A stretch of DNA of 62,429 nucleotides, filler included. It is 3 parts of 3 records of this genome, joined end to end, with 100 filler letters (N's around TTAATTAATTAA, not from the genome) between each part and the next. Parts side by side here need not be neighbours in the genome. Positions count along the whole stretch, not along the records: positions 1 to 29,370 come from SRR31156797_10762; 2 more parts are not named here. One strand, given 5' to 3'. The position numbers were made by a program, and so were the translations under genes. The stretch's first letter is position 1. Every line of letters starts with the position of its first letter. The notes beneath the pieces are model-generated. The model saw only the letters and a program-made list of their open reading frames with translations. It had not been told where the DNA came from and searched no databases. Positions 9,733 through 22,622 of the stretch are shown here, piece by piece.

Positions 9733-10233
9733 ATGAGACACGAAAAAAGTATCAAACTACTTAACGAGGCTGTGGCGGACGAGCTTTACGCTGTTCACCA
9801 ATATATGTATTTCCACTTCCACTGTGATGATCAGGGATATGACCTTTTGGCTGGGATGTTCAGAAAAACAGCAATAGATGAGATGATGCACGTTGAGAGA
9901 CTTGCAGAGCGTATCCTCTTTCTCAAAGGTGATGTTGAGATGGTTCCTAATGCCGCTGTCGTTAAAGAACACGACGTCAAAAAAATGCTTCAGATGTCGC
10001 AGAAACTTGAAGAGGACGCTAGCGATATGTATAACAAGTTCGCTAATGAAGCTGGCGCTGCCAATGACTCTGTTACTAAGAAACTTTTCGAAGACTTAGT
10101 TCTTGAAGAGGAAGGGCACTTCGACGGATTTGACAACGAGCTGGATAATATGGATAGATTCGGTGAAAGCTATCTAACACTGCAAGCTATTGAGAGAGCT
10201 AAAAAAAGAGGGATGAATACCCCGGCTGAATAA
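9733..10233 (+). CDS. bfr: Bacterioferritin
   Basis: DELYAVHQY, IDEMMH.E.LAERILFL.G and EEEGH ferroxidase motifs. ATG 9733 follows GGAGG. Confidence 0.9.
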   Translation: MRHEKSIKLLNEAVADELYAVHQYMYFHFHCDDQGYDLLAGMFRKTAIDEMMHVERLAERILFLKGDVEMVPNAAVVKEHDVKKMLQMSQKLEEDASDMYNKFANEAGAANDSVTKKLFEDLVLEEEGHFDGFDNELDNMDRFGESYLTLQAIERAKKRGMNTPAE

Positions 10234-10243
10234 TTAAATATAT

Positions 10244-10606
10244 TTATGTACTACAGCTTCCGTCGCACTCACCAGAAAACATGCGGCGGAGGCCTTTCTG
10301 GTTATAAAGTTCTATATTCTCCCTGACCGTACTGCCGTATGCAAAATACGCTTCAATTCCAAAACCACGCAGCCTGTTTACGGGAGCGCACCCTACCTCT
10401 TGAGCTATAATCACTTCCGCACCAAGGTCACCTGCGCACTCAGCGGATGCTTTTCCGTAATCATCCTCGTGGCAGCCATCATTTGACACACATCGGGTCT
10501 CATTAGTTTCTGTGTTGTAATATAAAAATAGTGGGGTAAGAGCAAATTCAGGATGAATAGAGCTATCCAGACCTTTATTATCACTAACCGGAAAGATCAG
10601 AATCAT
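10244..10606 (-). CDS. NifB/NifX-family protein (tandem paralog 3)
   Basis: ILIFPV..F...P.F..YNTET..GAEVIIA..G; C-terminal CDGSC. Confidence 0.75.
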   Translation of the reverse strand: MILIFPVSDNKGLDSSIHPEFALTPLFLYYNTETNETRCVSNDGCHEDDYGKASAECAGDLGAEVIIAQEVGCAPVNRLRGFGIEAYFAYGSTVRENIELYNQKGLRRMFSGECDGSCST

Positions 10607-10614
10607 CAGTAATT

Positions 10615-10977
10615 TTACTCCCTTAAAGAGCCATCACAGTTACCGCTGACAGCTTCCGGAAGCTTTTCTGATTCAAAGAGCTTAATGTCGTATTCCACCA
10701 TGCCTGATTTCGCCCAGTAAACCTTAATGCCTAAACTGTTCAGCCTTTTGATGGCGCCGTCACCCATGCCCGTGGCTATGACAACTTCCGCACCTTGCGC
10801 AGAAATAAGCAATGAAACATTCCTGCTCCCCTCAGAGAGGGCATCATTATGATTTACAACACTTTTGTACTCTTCGGTTTCAGTATTGTAAATAACAAAG
10901 ACAGGTGCTGCTGCAAAGTGCTCATAGATTACGGATTCGCCTTTTAGGTCAGAGTCAGCCGGAAAACATATTATCAT
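10615..10977 (-). CDS. NifB/NifX-family protein (tandem paralog 2)
   Basis: MIICFPA..YEHFAAAPVFVIYNTE..GAEVVIATGMGDGA. Start moved to ATG 10977, right after the previous stop. Confidence 0.8.
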   Translation of the reverse strand: MIICFPADSDLKGESVIYEHFAAAPVFVIYNTETEEYKSVVNHNDALSEGSRNVSLLISAQGAEVVIATGMGDGAIKRLNSLGIKVYWAKSGMVEYDIKLFESEKLPEAVSGNCDGSLRE

Positions 10978-10978
10978 A

Positions 10979-11365
10979 TCAGGACACGCAATCGCACATA
11001 CAGGAAATATTTTTCGACCCACAGGCAAGATTTACTGTAAGGCAGATCAGAGAGCCGCTGTTGAAAAGCTCAATATTGTCGCTAACATTACCTATTCCAG
11101 CACGAATAGCCTGTATGCCTGCGTTCTGGAGGTTCTTGAGAGCGTCAGGAGATATGCCGTTTATGATAACAACATCAACCTTTTCACCACCGAAAACATC
11201 TATAGCGTTACACCCTTCATGCTCTTCAACCGGACACATATTCTCTATGTAATTTATCTCTTTAGTCTCTGTGTCAAAGATAATATATCCTGGAGAATCA
11301 CAAAAGTTACTATAAAGCTCACTGTCGAGTTTATTATTATCTGCGACTGGAAAACTTAGTCTCAT
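10979..11365 (-). CDS. NifB/NifX-family protein (tandem paralog 1)
   Basis: MRLSFPV..NFCDSPGYIIFDTET..VDVVIINGIS..ALKNLQNAGI; Cys-rich tail. Confidence 0.75.
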   Translation of the reverse strand: MRLSFPVADNNKLDSELYSNFCDSPGYIIFDTETKEINYIENMCPVEEHEGCNAIDVFGGEKVDVVIINGISPDALKNLQNAGIQAIRAGIGNVSDNIELFNSGSLICLTVNLACGSKNISCMCDCVS

Positions 11366-11449
11366 ATTAATACTCCGCTAAAATTGTTTTGCACATGTTA
11401 TAATATATACCGTTATAGTCTCTTTTGCAAATACTAACAATTAAAGCGC

Positions 11450-11971
11450 TCAGAGCACCATTAAAACTGCAATACCCACTCCGCATAAAGACAATACTAC
11501 CCCTCTTGTTAATGCTCTTGAACCAAGTTTATACATAAAGAAAGATGATGCTGCCAGAAATGATAACAGGACAGCGTATACTATTGTAAATATGTGCGTA
11601 GCTCTTTTGCTTGACGTTTTATGTAGTTGATTAAACTTTTCAAGAATGCCAGGTAGCCTCATATCAACATATGCAATTTCACCTGTTGATTTATTATACG
11701 TTCCATTTTCAGGCGTTCCATCTTTAAATATCACAACACCTTCATCTTCACTAACGACCTGTACCTTTTTGTGCATAACCTTCCCAAGGTCTTTACCTTC
11801 TAAGTTTGATTCAATAGTTTTAGTTACAAGCTGCTCACTCTTTAGAAAATCAGTATCTTTATATGTGAGCAACACTCCGCTTATGCAGTATATTATAGTC
11901 AATCCCACCATGAGAAATCCGATGTCTCTATGCAGTGCTCTCACAGTTCTGGTCAATTTTGATAAATCCAT
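11450..11971 (-). CDS. PepSY-associated TM-helix membrane protein
   Basis: RALHRDIGF..GLTIIYCISG.LL and FNQLH motifs. ATG 11971 follows GAGGTG. Confidence 0.7.
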   Translation of the reverse strand: MDLSKLTRTVRALHRDIGFLMVGLTIIYCISGVLLTYKDTDFLKSEQLVTKTIESNLEGKDLGKVMHKKVQVVSEDEGVVIFKDGTPENGTYNKSTGEIAYVDMRLPGILEKFNQLHKTSSKRATHIFTIVYAVLLSFLAASSFFMYKLGSRALTRGVVLSLCGVGIAVLMVL

Positions 11972-12123
11972 ATTACACCTCATTATGTATTTTATTAACG
12001 CAAGAGATGTGCCATATGTATGTCTTGTCTTATTAGGAAGTTACGAAGGGGTCCTTCTGATTTATGTGCAATTATTATACAGTAGCTGTAAAAAATATTT
12101 ACACTAGATTAATTTTGAACAAT

Positions 12124-12154
12124 AAAAAAGGCCCTGCCTAATAGACAGAGCCTT
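12124..12154 (-). terminator. Terminator of the kor operon
   Basis: Minus strand AAGGCTCTGTC-TATTA-GGCAGGGCCTTTTTT. Confidence 0.7.
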
Positions 12155-12230
12155 AATATATTTGCTAGCAGTTTAACAACACCTGAGCAGAGTATTCCCC
12201 TGCAATAGTGCCACTAAAAGTAGGCAATGC

Positions 12231-12773
12231 CTACATAGCTGCTTTAGCGAGCTCGATACCTGCTGTGATAGCACTCTTGTTAAGCTCTTCAGTACCTTTC
12301 GGTACACGTGAGAGAACAGCTTTTTCAAGTGTCTCTGGAGCAACAAGACCACAGATTTCGTTAAGAGCGCCGAGAGTAACAACGTTAGCAACCATAGCCT
12401 TACCTACTTTTTCAGCAGCAGTTCTAATGATTGGCATCATGTATACTTTCCAGTCGCCTTTAGGAGCCTCTTTAACCATAAGGTCATCGAGGATAAGTAC
12501 GCCACCTGGTTTAAGGTCTTTGGAATACTTTTCTGCAGCTTCCTGTGTAAGAGCTACGAGAATATCCGGAGCCATTACTTTTGGATAGTAGATCTCGTCA
12601 TCAGAGATAACTACTTCCGCTTTAGAAGCACCACCACGAGCCTCAGGTCCATAGGACTGTGACTGGATGGATTTTTTACCTTCGAATACCGCAGCGCCTG
12701 CTGCGAGGATGATTCCAGCTGTGATCATTCCCTGACCGCCGGAACCACTAAGTCTGATTGAAGTTTTAGCCAT
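12231..12773 (-). CDS. korC: 2-oxoacid:ferredoxin oxidoreductase gamma subunit
   Basis: RLSGSGGQG, QSYGPEARGG. ATG 12773 follows AGGAGG. Confidence 0.92.
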   Translation of the reverse strand: MAKTSIRLSGSGGQGMITAGIILAAGAAVFEGKKSIQSQSYGPEARGGASKAEVVISDDEIYYPKVMAPDILVALTQEAAEKYSKDLKPGGVLILDDLMVKEAPKGDWKVYMMPIIRTAAEKVGKAMVANVVTLGALNEICGLVAPETLEKAVLSRVPKGTEELNKSAITAGIELAKAAM

Positions 12774-12786
12774 TTCTAACCCCTCC

Positions 12787-13593
12787 TTAGCTGAGACCGA
12801 CGTTAGCGTCGTATGCTTCGATAAATTCTGGCTTCTCTTCTTGGTGAAGAACACCAATAGGAAATTTGCCAGCCTGCTCTTCTTCAGTCATCTTTTCCCA
12901 CTGAGCCTTATTAACAGAGTTAGCTTTCTGCCACTCTATCATAGCTGCCGGAGAAGCGAGTTTGTTCTTACGGCCGTAGCCTGTAGGACAACCTGCGATG
13001 ATTTCAACAACAGAAAAACCTTTATGCTGGAAAGCCTGCTTAATAAGTTTTTCCATAGGAACAGCGTGATATGTAGTTGATCTTGCAACAAATGTAGCAC
13101 CGGCACCGATAGCGAGCTGAGCGATGTCAAACTGGTTATCTGAGTTACCGTATGGAGCTGTTGTAGCGCGAGCAGCTTTAGGTGTAGTAGGTGAGTACTG
13201 ACCACCAGTCATACCGTAGATATGGTTGTTAAACACAAGACATGTAATGTCGATGTTACGACGGCAAGCGTGGATGAAGTGGTTACCACCAATAGCTGTC
13301 ATGTCACCGTCACCACCGAGTGCAATAACGTTAAGTTCTGGCTTAGCCATCTTAACACCAGTTGCGAAACCGAGTGAACGTCCGTGTGTTGTGTGAAGTG
13401 TATTCGCATCAATGTAACCAGGAAGACGTGACGCACAACCGATACCGGATGTGAATACAAGACCGTCTTTATCCCAGCCCATGCCGTCAACAGCACGGAT
13501 GATGGATTTCATAATGATTCCATAACCGCAACCTGGGCACCAGATGTGAGGTATTTTACCTTCTCTGAGGTATTTAGCGTAATCGTAAGCCAT
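12787..13593 (-). CDS. korB: 2-oxoacid:ferredoxin oxidoreductase beta subunit
   Basis: WCPGCG, SGIGC, TPP motif GGDGD..IGGNH, YGMTGGQ.SPT. Confidence 0.95.
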   Translation of the reverse strand: MAYDYAKYLREGKIPHIWCPGCGYGIIMKSIIRAVDGMGWDKDGLVFTSGIGCASRLPGYIDANTLHTTHGRSLGFATGVKMAKPELNVIALGGDGDMTAIGGNHFIHACRRNIDITCLVFNNHIYGMTGGQYSPTTPKAARATTAPYGNSDNQFDIAQLAIGAGATFVARSTTYHAVPMEKLIKQAFQHKGFSVVEIIAGCPTGYGRKNKLASPAAMIEWQKANSVNKAQWEKMTEEEQAGKFPIGVLHQEEKPEFIEAYDANVGLS

Positions 13594-13595
13594 GA

Positions 13596-14732
13596 TTATT
13601 TACCCTCCTTGATCTTGTTAAGGATTGTAATAGGAGTAATAGGCTCAGAGTCAATCTGGTTAATACCTTCGATTGAAGGGATTGTTCCTTCCATAACTCT
13701 CTTAACCTCAAGGATAGCCATACCGAGGTTCATCTCAGGTACGATTATTCTCTTTACTTTACCTTTATATTTCTCAAGGTGCTTCTCTGGGAAAGGCCAG
13801 ATAGTAAGTGGTCTGAAAAGACCTACCTTGATGCCTTCAGCTCTTGCCATAACAACAGCTTCTTTAGCAGAACGTGCAGTAGAACCGAAAGCGAAGATGA
13901 GTGTTTCACAGTCTTCACATTCCATCTCGTCTACAACAACGATTTCATCGTAGTTATCCATGATCTTGTTTTCCTGACGAATTTCGTCAGCCTGAGCAAG
14001 TTTACCGTCGTTAGAAGGGAAACCATCAGGGAGGTGGTTAAGACCAGTGATATGGTAACGATAACCTGAACCAAAGTCAGCCATAGGTGCAACACCATCT
14101 TCTTCCGGCTGGTATGGGAGGTAATCTTTAGGGTCGCATGTAGGGCGCTTACGATCGATAACTTCAAGATCGCCAGGCTCTGGCATTTCAACAGCTTCTC
14201 TCATGTGACCGATAATTTCGTCAGTGAGAAGAATTACAGGAATTCTGTATTTCTCAGCGATGTTGAATGCTCTTACTGTTTCTTCAAGCTGCTCTTGAAC
14301 AGTTGAAGGTGTAAGTGCTACTGCTGGGTGGTCACCGTGTGTTCCCCATTTAGCCTGCATAATATCAGACTGTCCAGGACCTGTAGGAAGACCAGTAGAT
14401 GGACCTCCTCTCATTACGTTAACGATAACGCATGGGATCTCTGTAAGGTAACCGTAACCGAGGTTTTCCATTTTAAGGGACATACCAGGACCAGATGTCG
14501 CAGTCAGTGACTTTCTACCTGATATTGAACCGCCGAGTGTTGCCGCCATAGCTGCAATCTCGTCTTCCATTTGCACGAAACGACCACCAACTTTTGGGAG
14601 TCTTCCTGCAAGTATTTCAGCAACTTCAGTGGAAGGTGTAATAGGATAGCCACCGTAGAATGTACAGCCAGCGTACAGTGCACCTTCACATACTGCTTCG
14701 TTCCCCTGAAGGAACTTTACTTCTTTAGCCAC
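13596..14732 (-). CDS. korA: 2-oxoacid:ferredoxin oxidoreductase alpha subunit
   Basis: GYPITPSTE, QMEDEI, TATSGPG, RGGPSTGLPT. GTG start. Confidence 0.95.
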   Translation of the reverse strand: MAKEVKFLQGNEAVCEGALYAGCTFYGGYPITPSTEVAEILAGRLPKVGGRFVQMEDEIAAMAATLGGSISGRKSLTATSGPGMSLKMENLGYGYLTEIPCVIVNVMRGGPSTGLPTGPGQSDIMQAKWGTHGDHPAVALTPSTVQEQLEETVRAFNIAEKYRIPVILLTDEIIGHMREAVEMPEPGDLEVIDRKRPTCDPKDYLPYQPEEDGVAPMADFGSGYRYHITGLNHLPDGFPSNDGKLAQADEIRQENKIMDNYDEIVVVDEMECEDCETLIFAFGSTARSAKEAVVMARAEGIKVGLFRPLTIWPFPEKHLEKYKGKVKRIIVPEMNLGMAILEVKRVMEGTIPSIEGINQIDSEPITPITILNKIKEGK

Positions 14733-14747
14733 AAATTCCTCCTAATA

Positions 14748-14942
14748 TTAATTTTTATACACTTCAATCGCGAAGTCAGGACACCTGAGTTCGCACTGCA
14801 TACAAGCTATACACTTGTCCAGATCCTTTACCGCTGCTTTGAAATCTTTCATTTCAAGAGCATCAACTGGGCAAAGTTCCACACAAATCTCACAGCCTTT
14901 GCAGAGGTTTGTGTAAATTTCGATTTTTTCTGCCTTAGCCAT
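14748..14942 (-). CDS. korD: 2x[4Fe-4S] delta subunit of 2-oxoacid oxidoreductase
   Basis: CKGCEICVELCP and CIACMQCELRCPDFAI. Confidence 0.92.
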   Translation of the reverse strand: MAKAEKIEIYTNLCKGCEICVELCPVDALEMKDFKAAVKDLDKCIACMQCELRCPDFAIEVYKN

Positions 14943-14986
14943 TTACCTCTCCTTTTAAATTTGAGATTCTCAAATCGAATTTATCT

Positions 14987-15109
14987 TAAAGGGGAGCCTA
15001 AAGCCACTTTCAGAAAGGAGAAAAATTATCCGTCATCCTAAACACTGTTTTGGAATGACCAATTAACCTGTTCTCGCCACTCTGAAAGGGACCTTTTAGC
15101 CCCCCTTTA
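14987..15109 (-). other. Long imperfect hairpin in the 5' leader of korD (candidate structured RNA or MITE)
   Basis: Nested arms: TAAAGGGG/CCCCTTTA, CTTTCAGA/TCTGAAAG, GTCATCC/GGAATGAC. Confidence 0.6.
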
Positions 15110-15137
15110 TTTCCTAATATAATTTTTTCGACACAGT

Positions 15138-15166
15138 GTTATAACCCGAGTAAACACATATGTCAA
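15138..15166 (-). promoter_or_regulatory. Sigma70-type promoter of korDABC
   Basis: Minus strand TTGACA-N17-TATAAC. Confidence 0.7.
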
Positions 15167-15182
15167 ATATGTAAATTATAAA

Positions 15183-16067
15183 TTATTTTTTCTTTTTCAA
15201 AACTTCAGCTACTTTCTTGCCAATATCAGCAGGAGACTCCACAACGTGAACTCCGCAAGCCTCCAGAGCCTTCATTTTAGCAGCCGCAGTATCGTCACCA
15301 CCGGAGATGATAGCACCTGCGTGCCCCATCCTTTTACCCTTTGGTGCAGTCTGACCTGCGATAAAGCTGACTACCGGTTTGTTGAAGTTCTGCTTGATCC
15401 ATTCACCAGCTTTCACTTCAGCCTGACCACCGATTTCACCGATCATAACAACACACTCTGTCTGTGCATCGTGCATATACATCTCAAGGAGATCAATGTA
15501 CTTAAGACCGATAATAGGGTCGCCGCCTATACCAACGCATGTTGATTGACCGAATCCCTCAGCACCAACCTGCTTAACCGCCTCGTATGTCAGTGTACCT
15601 GACTTTGAGATAATGCCGATTGTACCCGGCTTATGAATCTCGCCCGGCATAATCCCCATCTTGCACTCACCAGGTGTGATAACACCCGGACAGTTAGGAC
15701 CGATAAGCATGGTTCTGGAAGAGCTTGTTTTCATAAGCCTCTTAACCTTTATCATGTCCTTAACAGGGATACCCTCTGTGATACAAACACAAAGGTCTAG
15801 GTTAGCATCAACAGACTCCATAATAGCGTCAGCTGCAAATGGAGGTGGAACATATATTATAGAAGCGTTCGCTCCGGTTTCCCTGATAGCCTCTTCTATT
15901 GTGTCAAACACCGGTGTACCGTCAACCTCGGAACCGCCTTTACCAGGAACAACGCCTGCAACTATGTTAGTTCCGTATTCTCTCATCTTTTGTGCGTGAA
16001 ACTTACCCTGTGAACCTGTAAGACCCTGCACAAGAACTTTTGTTCTGTTATTAACAAGTATGCTCAT
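15183..16067 (-). CDS. sucD: Succinyl-CoA synthetase alpha subunit
   Basis: [29 protein letters not shown]. Confidence 0.96.
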   Translation of the reverse strand: MSILVNNRTKVLVQGLTGSQGKFHAQKMREYGTNIVAGVVPGKGGSEVDGTPVFDTIEEAIRETGANASIIYVPPPFAADAIMESVDANLDLCVCITEGIPVKDMIKVKRLMKTSSSRTMLIGPNCPGVITPGECKMGIMPGEIHKPGTIGIISKSGTLTYEAVKQVGAEGFGQSTCVGIGGDPIIGLKYIDLLEMYMHDAQTECVVMIGEIGGQAEVKAGEWIKQNFNKPVVSFIAGQTAPKGKRMGHAGAIISGGDDTAAAKMKALEACGVHVVESPADIGKKVAEVLKKKK

Positions 16068-16078
16068 CTGTGCACCCC

Positions 16079-17311
16079 TTATTTGCTCTTTTTGGTTGTT
16101 TTAGCTTTCGCAGCCGGTTTAGATTTACCAGCTTCAGCCTGAGCCGCAAGATCAACAGCTTTCTGAGCTGCATCAGCCATAGTATCGCCTGTAACGATGT
16201 TAAGACCTTTCTCTTTCGCGCCATCTTTCAAAATCTTCTTGCCCTTCTCAACGTTTGTACCGTCGAGCCTGACAACTATGTATCTGTCGCCCGGAACTTC
16301 GTCCGATGCGGTGAGTACACCCTGAGCAATGAGGTCACAGCGGACAATTCCGCCAAATATATTAACAAAGATTACTTTTACTTTTGGGTCAGTAAGAATA
16401 ATCTTGAATGCTTCTCTTACCTTATTAACGTCTGCGCCGCCCCCAACATCAAGGAAGTTAGCCGGTTCGCCGCCTTTGGATTTAATGATATCCATGGTAG
16501 CCATCGCAAGTCCGGCTCCATTTACCATGCATCCTATATTACCTTCCATACTTACATATGAGAGGTCAAAAATGCTCGCCCTAACCTCTTGAGGTTCGAG
16601 TTCGCCGTAATCTTTCATCTCTTCGATAGCTCTGTGACGATAAAGTGCGTTTTCGTCTACAGACATTTTAGCATCGAGGCAAACTATGTCGCCTTCACCT
16701 GTAACAACCATAGGGTTGATCTCAAGCATCATGCCGTCGTGGTCAACAAAACACTGATAGAGCTTGTTTGCAACATCAGCAAATTTATTAAGGAGTGAAG
16801 GGTCAAGTCCCATCTTTTTAGCGATCTTACGACCGAGAAACTGTCCCATGCCCGTTACAGGGTTGATGCGCTCTTTAATAACTTTTTCCGGCGTATCTTC
16901 GGCTACCTGCTCGATTTCAACACCGCCCTCAGAACTTGCAATAATCATGTGCTGCTCTGAGTCCCTATCAACAAGGAAGCTTATGTATATCTCTTTTTTG
17001 ATATCCGTAGCTTTCTCTACCAATATTCTGCGGACAATTTTGCCTTCTGGCCCTGTCTGCTTAGTTACAATCTTCATGCCTAGCATGTTAGCTGAGAGGT
17101 CATATAATTCACTGAAAACGTCAACAACCTTGACGCCGCCTGCTTTACCCCTGCCGCCTGCGTGTACTTGGGCTTTGATAACCCACTTATCACTATGTAA
17201 TTCTTTAGCTACGCGAAGTGCGTCACTTGCAGTGGAGGCAACTCCACCATCAGGAACCGGAACACCGTAGGATCTGAGTAGGCCTTTGGCCTGAAATTCA
17301 TGCAAATTCAT
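16079..17311 (-). CDS. sucC: Succinyl-CoA synthetase beta subunit
   Basis: [44 protein letters not shown]. Confidence 0.96.
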   Translation of the reverse strand: MNLHEFQAKGLLRSYGVPVPDGGVASTASDALRVAKELHSDKWVIKAQVHAGGRGKAGGVKVVDVFSELYDLSANMLGMKIVTKQTGPEGKIVRRILVEKATDIKKEIYISFLVDRDSEQHMIIASSEGGVEIEQVAEDTPEKVIKERINPVTGMGQFLGRKIAKKMGLDPSLLNKFADVANKLYQCFVDHDGMMLEINPMVVTGEGDIVCLDAKMSVDENALYRHRAIEEMKDYGELEPQEVRASIFDLSYVSMEGNIGCMVNGAGLAMATMDIIKSKGGEPANFLDVGGGADVNKVREAFKIILTDPKVKVIFVNIFGGIVRCDLIAQGVLTASDEVPGDRYIVVRLDGTNVEKGKKILKDGAKEKGLNIVTGDTMADAAQKAVDLAAQAEAGKSKPAAKAKTTKKSK

Positions 17312-17437
17312 GGCTCACCTTCCTTATTTTACTTGCTTGACCATTATAATTTTACGCCTAATGATCATAATCCACAAGCCATTTTAAGACAGGCAAGCCA
17401 TGATTTATTTCGTTCTTAATCTATAGCTAAGTTATAA

Positions 17438-18433
<996 letters not shown>

Positions 18434-18508
18434 TCAATTTTATTTTGCTGCCCGACCCCTGAAGAGCCGAGCAGCTTTATGTTGGTTTTGCGTTATATTT
18501 ATCTGCTA

Positions 18509-20773
<2,265 letters not shown>

Positions 20774-20843
20774 TTACAATCGTTCGAAATACAGGCTTAA
20801 ACGCGCCCCTCTCATTATTATAATGGCATTTCGTTTTTAACCT

Positions 20844-20858
20844 TGTATACAGTATACA
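20844..20858. promoter_or_regulatory. Palindromic operator upstream of icd
   Basis: TGTATAC-A-GTATACA, a perfect 7-1-7 palindrome; recurs upstream of acnB and the class I fumarase. Confidence 0.7.
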
Positions 20859-21254
20859 GTTATACTTATACATCATACTTTGTCAAGCATTATCGGGGGT
20901 TCCTATGATAAAACATCATTTAATTTTCATTTCCCCTGCACCCACAACCTTTTGCGCCCAAGTATAAATAATTGTTGCATTTATGTCATATCCCACGTGC
21001 ATTTAGAGGATAATATGCCGACTATCTGCACATGTTATAACACCTATATAATTTCAGAATACCATAAGGAGTGTAAAGCGTTGGCAAACTAAATTTAGCG
21101 AACATATGCTGAGTACTAATTTGAGACACCCTGTAATAACATAATTGGATATTTATCTATTTATATATCCCATTAGTGTTGACCACCATATCAAGATGGT
21201 TGTATTATTAAGTATATTCAATAATAAGTTTACATATACAATGATTGGTGATTT

Positions 21255-22322
21255 ATGATTAATACTTCTGAAAAAGTTAACCTGCTCATAGTAGAAGATG
21301 ATAGTTTTATCCGAAAACTATACAAAGAGATCCTTAAGGACATCGACAAAATCGAACTGAGTGAACTTGAAACCGCTGAAAATGCCATTGCTCATATCAA
21401 AGAGAACAAGCCGGATATAGTTATTATGGACTATAGGCTCCCTGGCATGAATGGACTTGAGGCTACTAAGCAAATCATTATGGTTCATCCGGACACGATG
21501 ATTTTCGTTATTTCAAGTGATGACAGAAGCTCTCTGGAAGAGGAGATGTTAGAGGTGGGGGCGGTATCCTTCCTGCGTAAACCAGTGAGGGGAAAGCTTC
21601 TGTTCTTTACAATAATGAATTTTGTTGAAATCATATTAATGAAGAAACAGCTTAAAAGTCAGCTCACAACGCAGAGTATTTCAAAAGCTGAAAATGCCTC
21701 GGCTACCTCATTTCAACTGGAAGACAAAAAGTGTACTGATGCCTATTCGGAGGAATCAAATACTTTTATCAGTTCATTTGAAAACAAATCTCTCGACCCC
21801 AGCCACGAGATACTTATGAATAATCATGGGGAACAAAAAAGTGCCTCAGATTTTTTCGAAAACCTCGGTGAAGATATTGATAATATTGAAGACTTTATCG
21901 AGAGCTATGACGACCTTAAGTATTCTATAGAGAGACTTGAAACAGTTATCGAACCAGTTATCTTCAGCTCTGTAGCTATTGCAATGCGAGACAACATCGC
22001 TCAGATAAATAGATTTCTCGAATTTCAGACAATATCCTACACCTTGACATCTATTGCAGAGTTCCTAGAGGAAAACGACATAGAGCGCATGTGCGACATC
22101 CCTATGAAAAAACTCGGCATATTCCTCCAAGACTTTATGGAGATATATGACCAGTGGTTTAAATCTGTGATAGCGAATAGAGAATCTGATAATGTTCACT
22201 TCATGGACGTTACCCTTATGAGCTTTGCTATGCAGATTGACTCTATTTTTTCAGACATCAATGTACTTAGTGAAGATGATGCAACCGCTGTGAACGAAGG
22301 CGGCTCTGTCGAGTTCTTCTAG
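21255..22322 (+). CDS. Response regulator (REC plus uncharacterised acidic helical C-terminal domain)
   Basis: LLIVEDD, PDIVIMDYRLPGMNG, FLRKP receiver motifs. Confidence 0.85.
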   Translation: MINTSEKVNLLIVEDDSFIRKLYKEILKDIDKIELSELETAENAIAHIKENKPDIVIMDYRLPGMNGLEATKQIIMVHPDTMIFVISSDDRSSLEEEMLEVGAVSFLRKPVRGKLLFFTIMNFVEIILMKKQLKSQLTTQSISKAENASATSFQLEDKKCTDAYSEESNTFISSFENKSLDPSHEILMNNHGEQKSASDFFENLGEDIDNIEDFIESYDDLKYSIERLETVIEPVIFSSVAIAMRDNIAQINRFLEFQTISYTLTSIAEFLEENDIERMCDIPMKKLGIFLQDFMEIYDQWFKSVIANRESDNVHFMDVTLMSFAMQIDSIFSDINVLSEDDATAVNEGGSVEFF

Positions 22323-22389
22323 GTCGCTTGGGAGCGACAGCCATGACTTATTCAGTGTGACCGCTCAATATAGTTCCATACCATTACGC

Positions 22390-22459
22390 CTCCCGATGGT
22401 CAGCTGATATATTTAAAAACAATCCTTCCTGTTTTTACCCCTACTGCGACCAACGTGAG
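22390..22459. repeat. Two divergently oriented GCGACCAACGGGAG-like copies
   Basis: CTCCCGATGGTC (22390-22401) and GCGACCAACGTGAG (22446-22459), the latter inside a TACTGC/GCAGTA stem. Confidence 0.5.
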
Positions 22460-22516
22460 CAGTATACGTGTGTGTAAATCAAATTAACTTACAGTTCGCC
22501 TGTCGTTGCTATCGAC

Positions 22517-22550
22517 AAAAAAAGGGCTGAACCTTTCGGAACAGCCCTTT
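22517..22550 (-). terminator. Terminator of acnB
   Basis: AAAAAAAGGGCTG...CAGCCCTTT hairpin with a T tract on the minus strand. Confidence 0.75.
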
Positions 22551-22622
22551 ATTATTTTATACGTAACTAGCGTCTGAGAAAGCTGTGCTTTCGATAACGC
22601 CAATTAAATGGGCACGAGTGCC

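Noticed and set aside
10979-10981. TGA after a Cys-rich tail as a second possible Sec codon
   Set aside because: Read-through hits another stop within 8 codons, is out of frame with the next gene, and I saw no SECIS-like hairpin.
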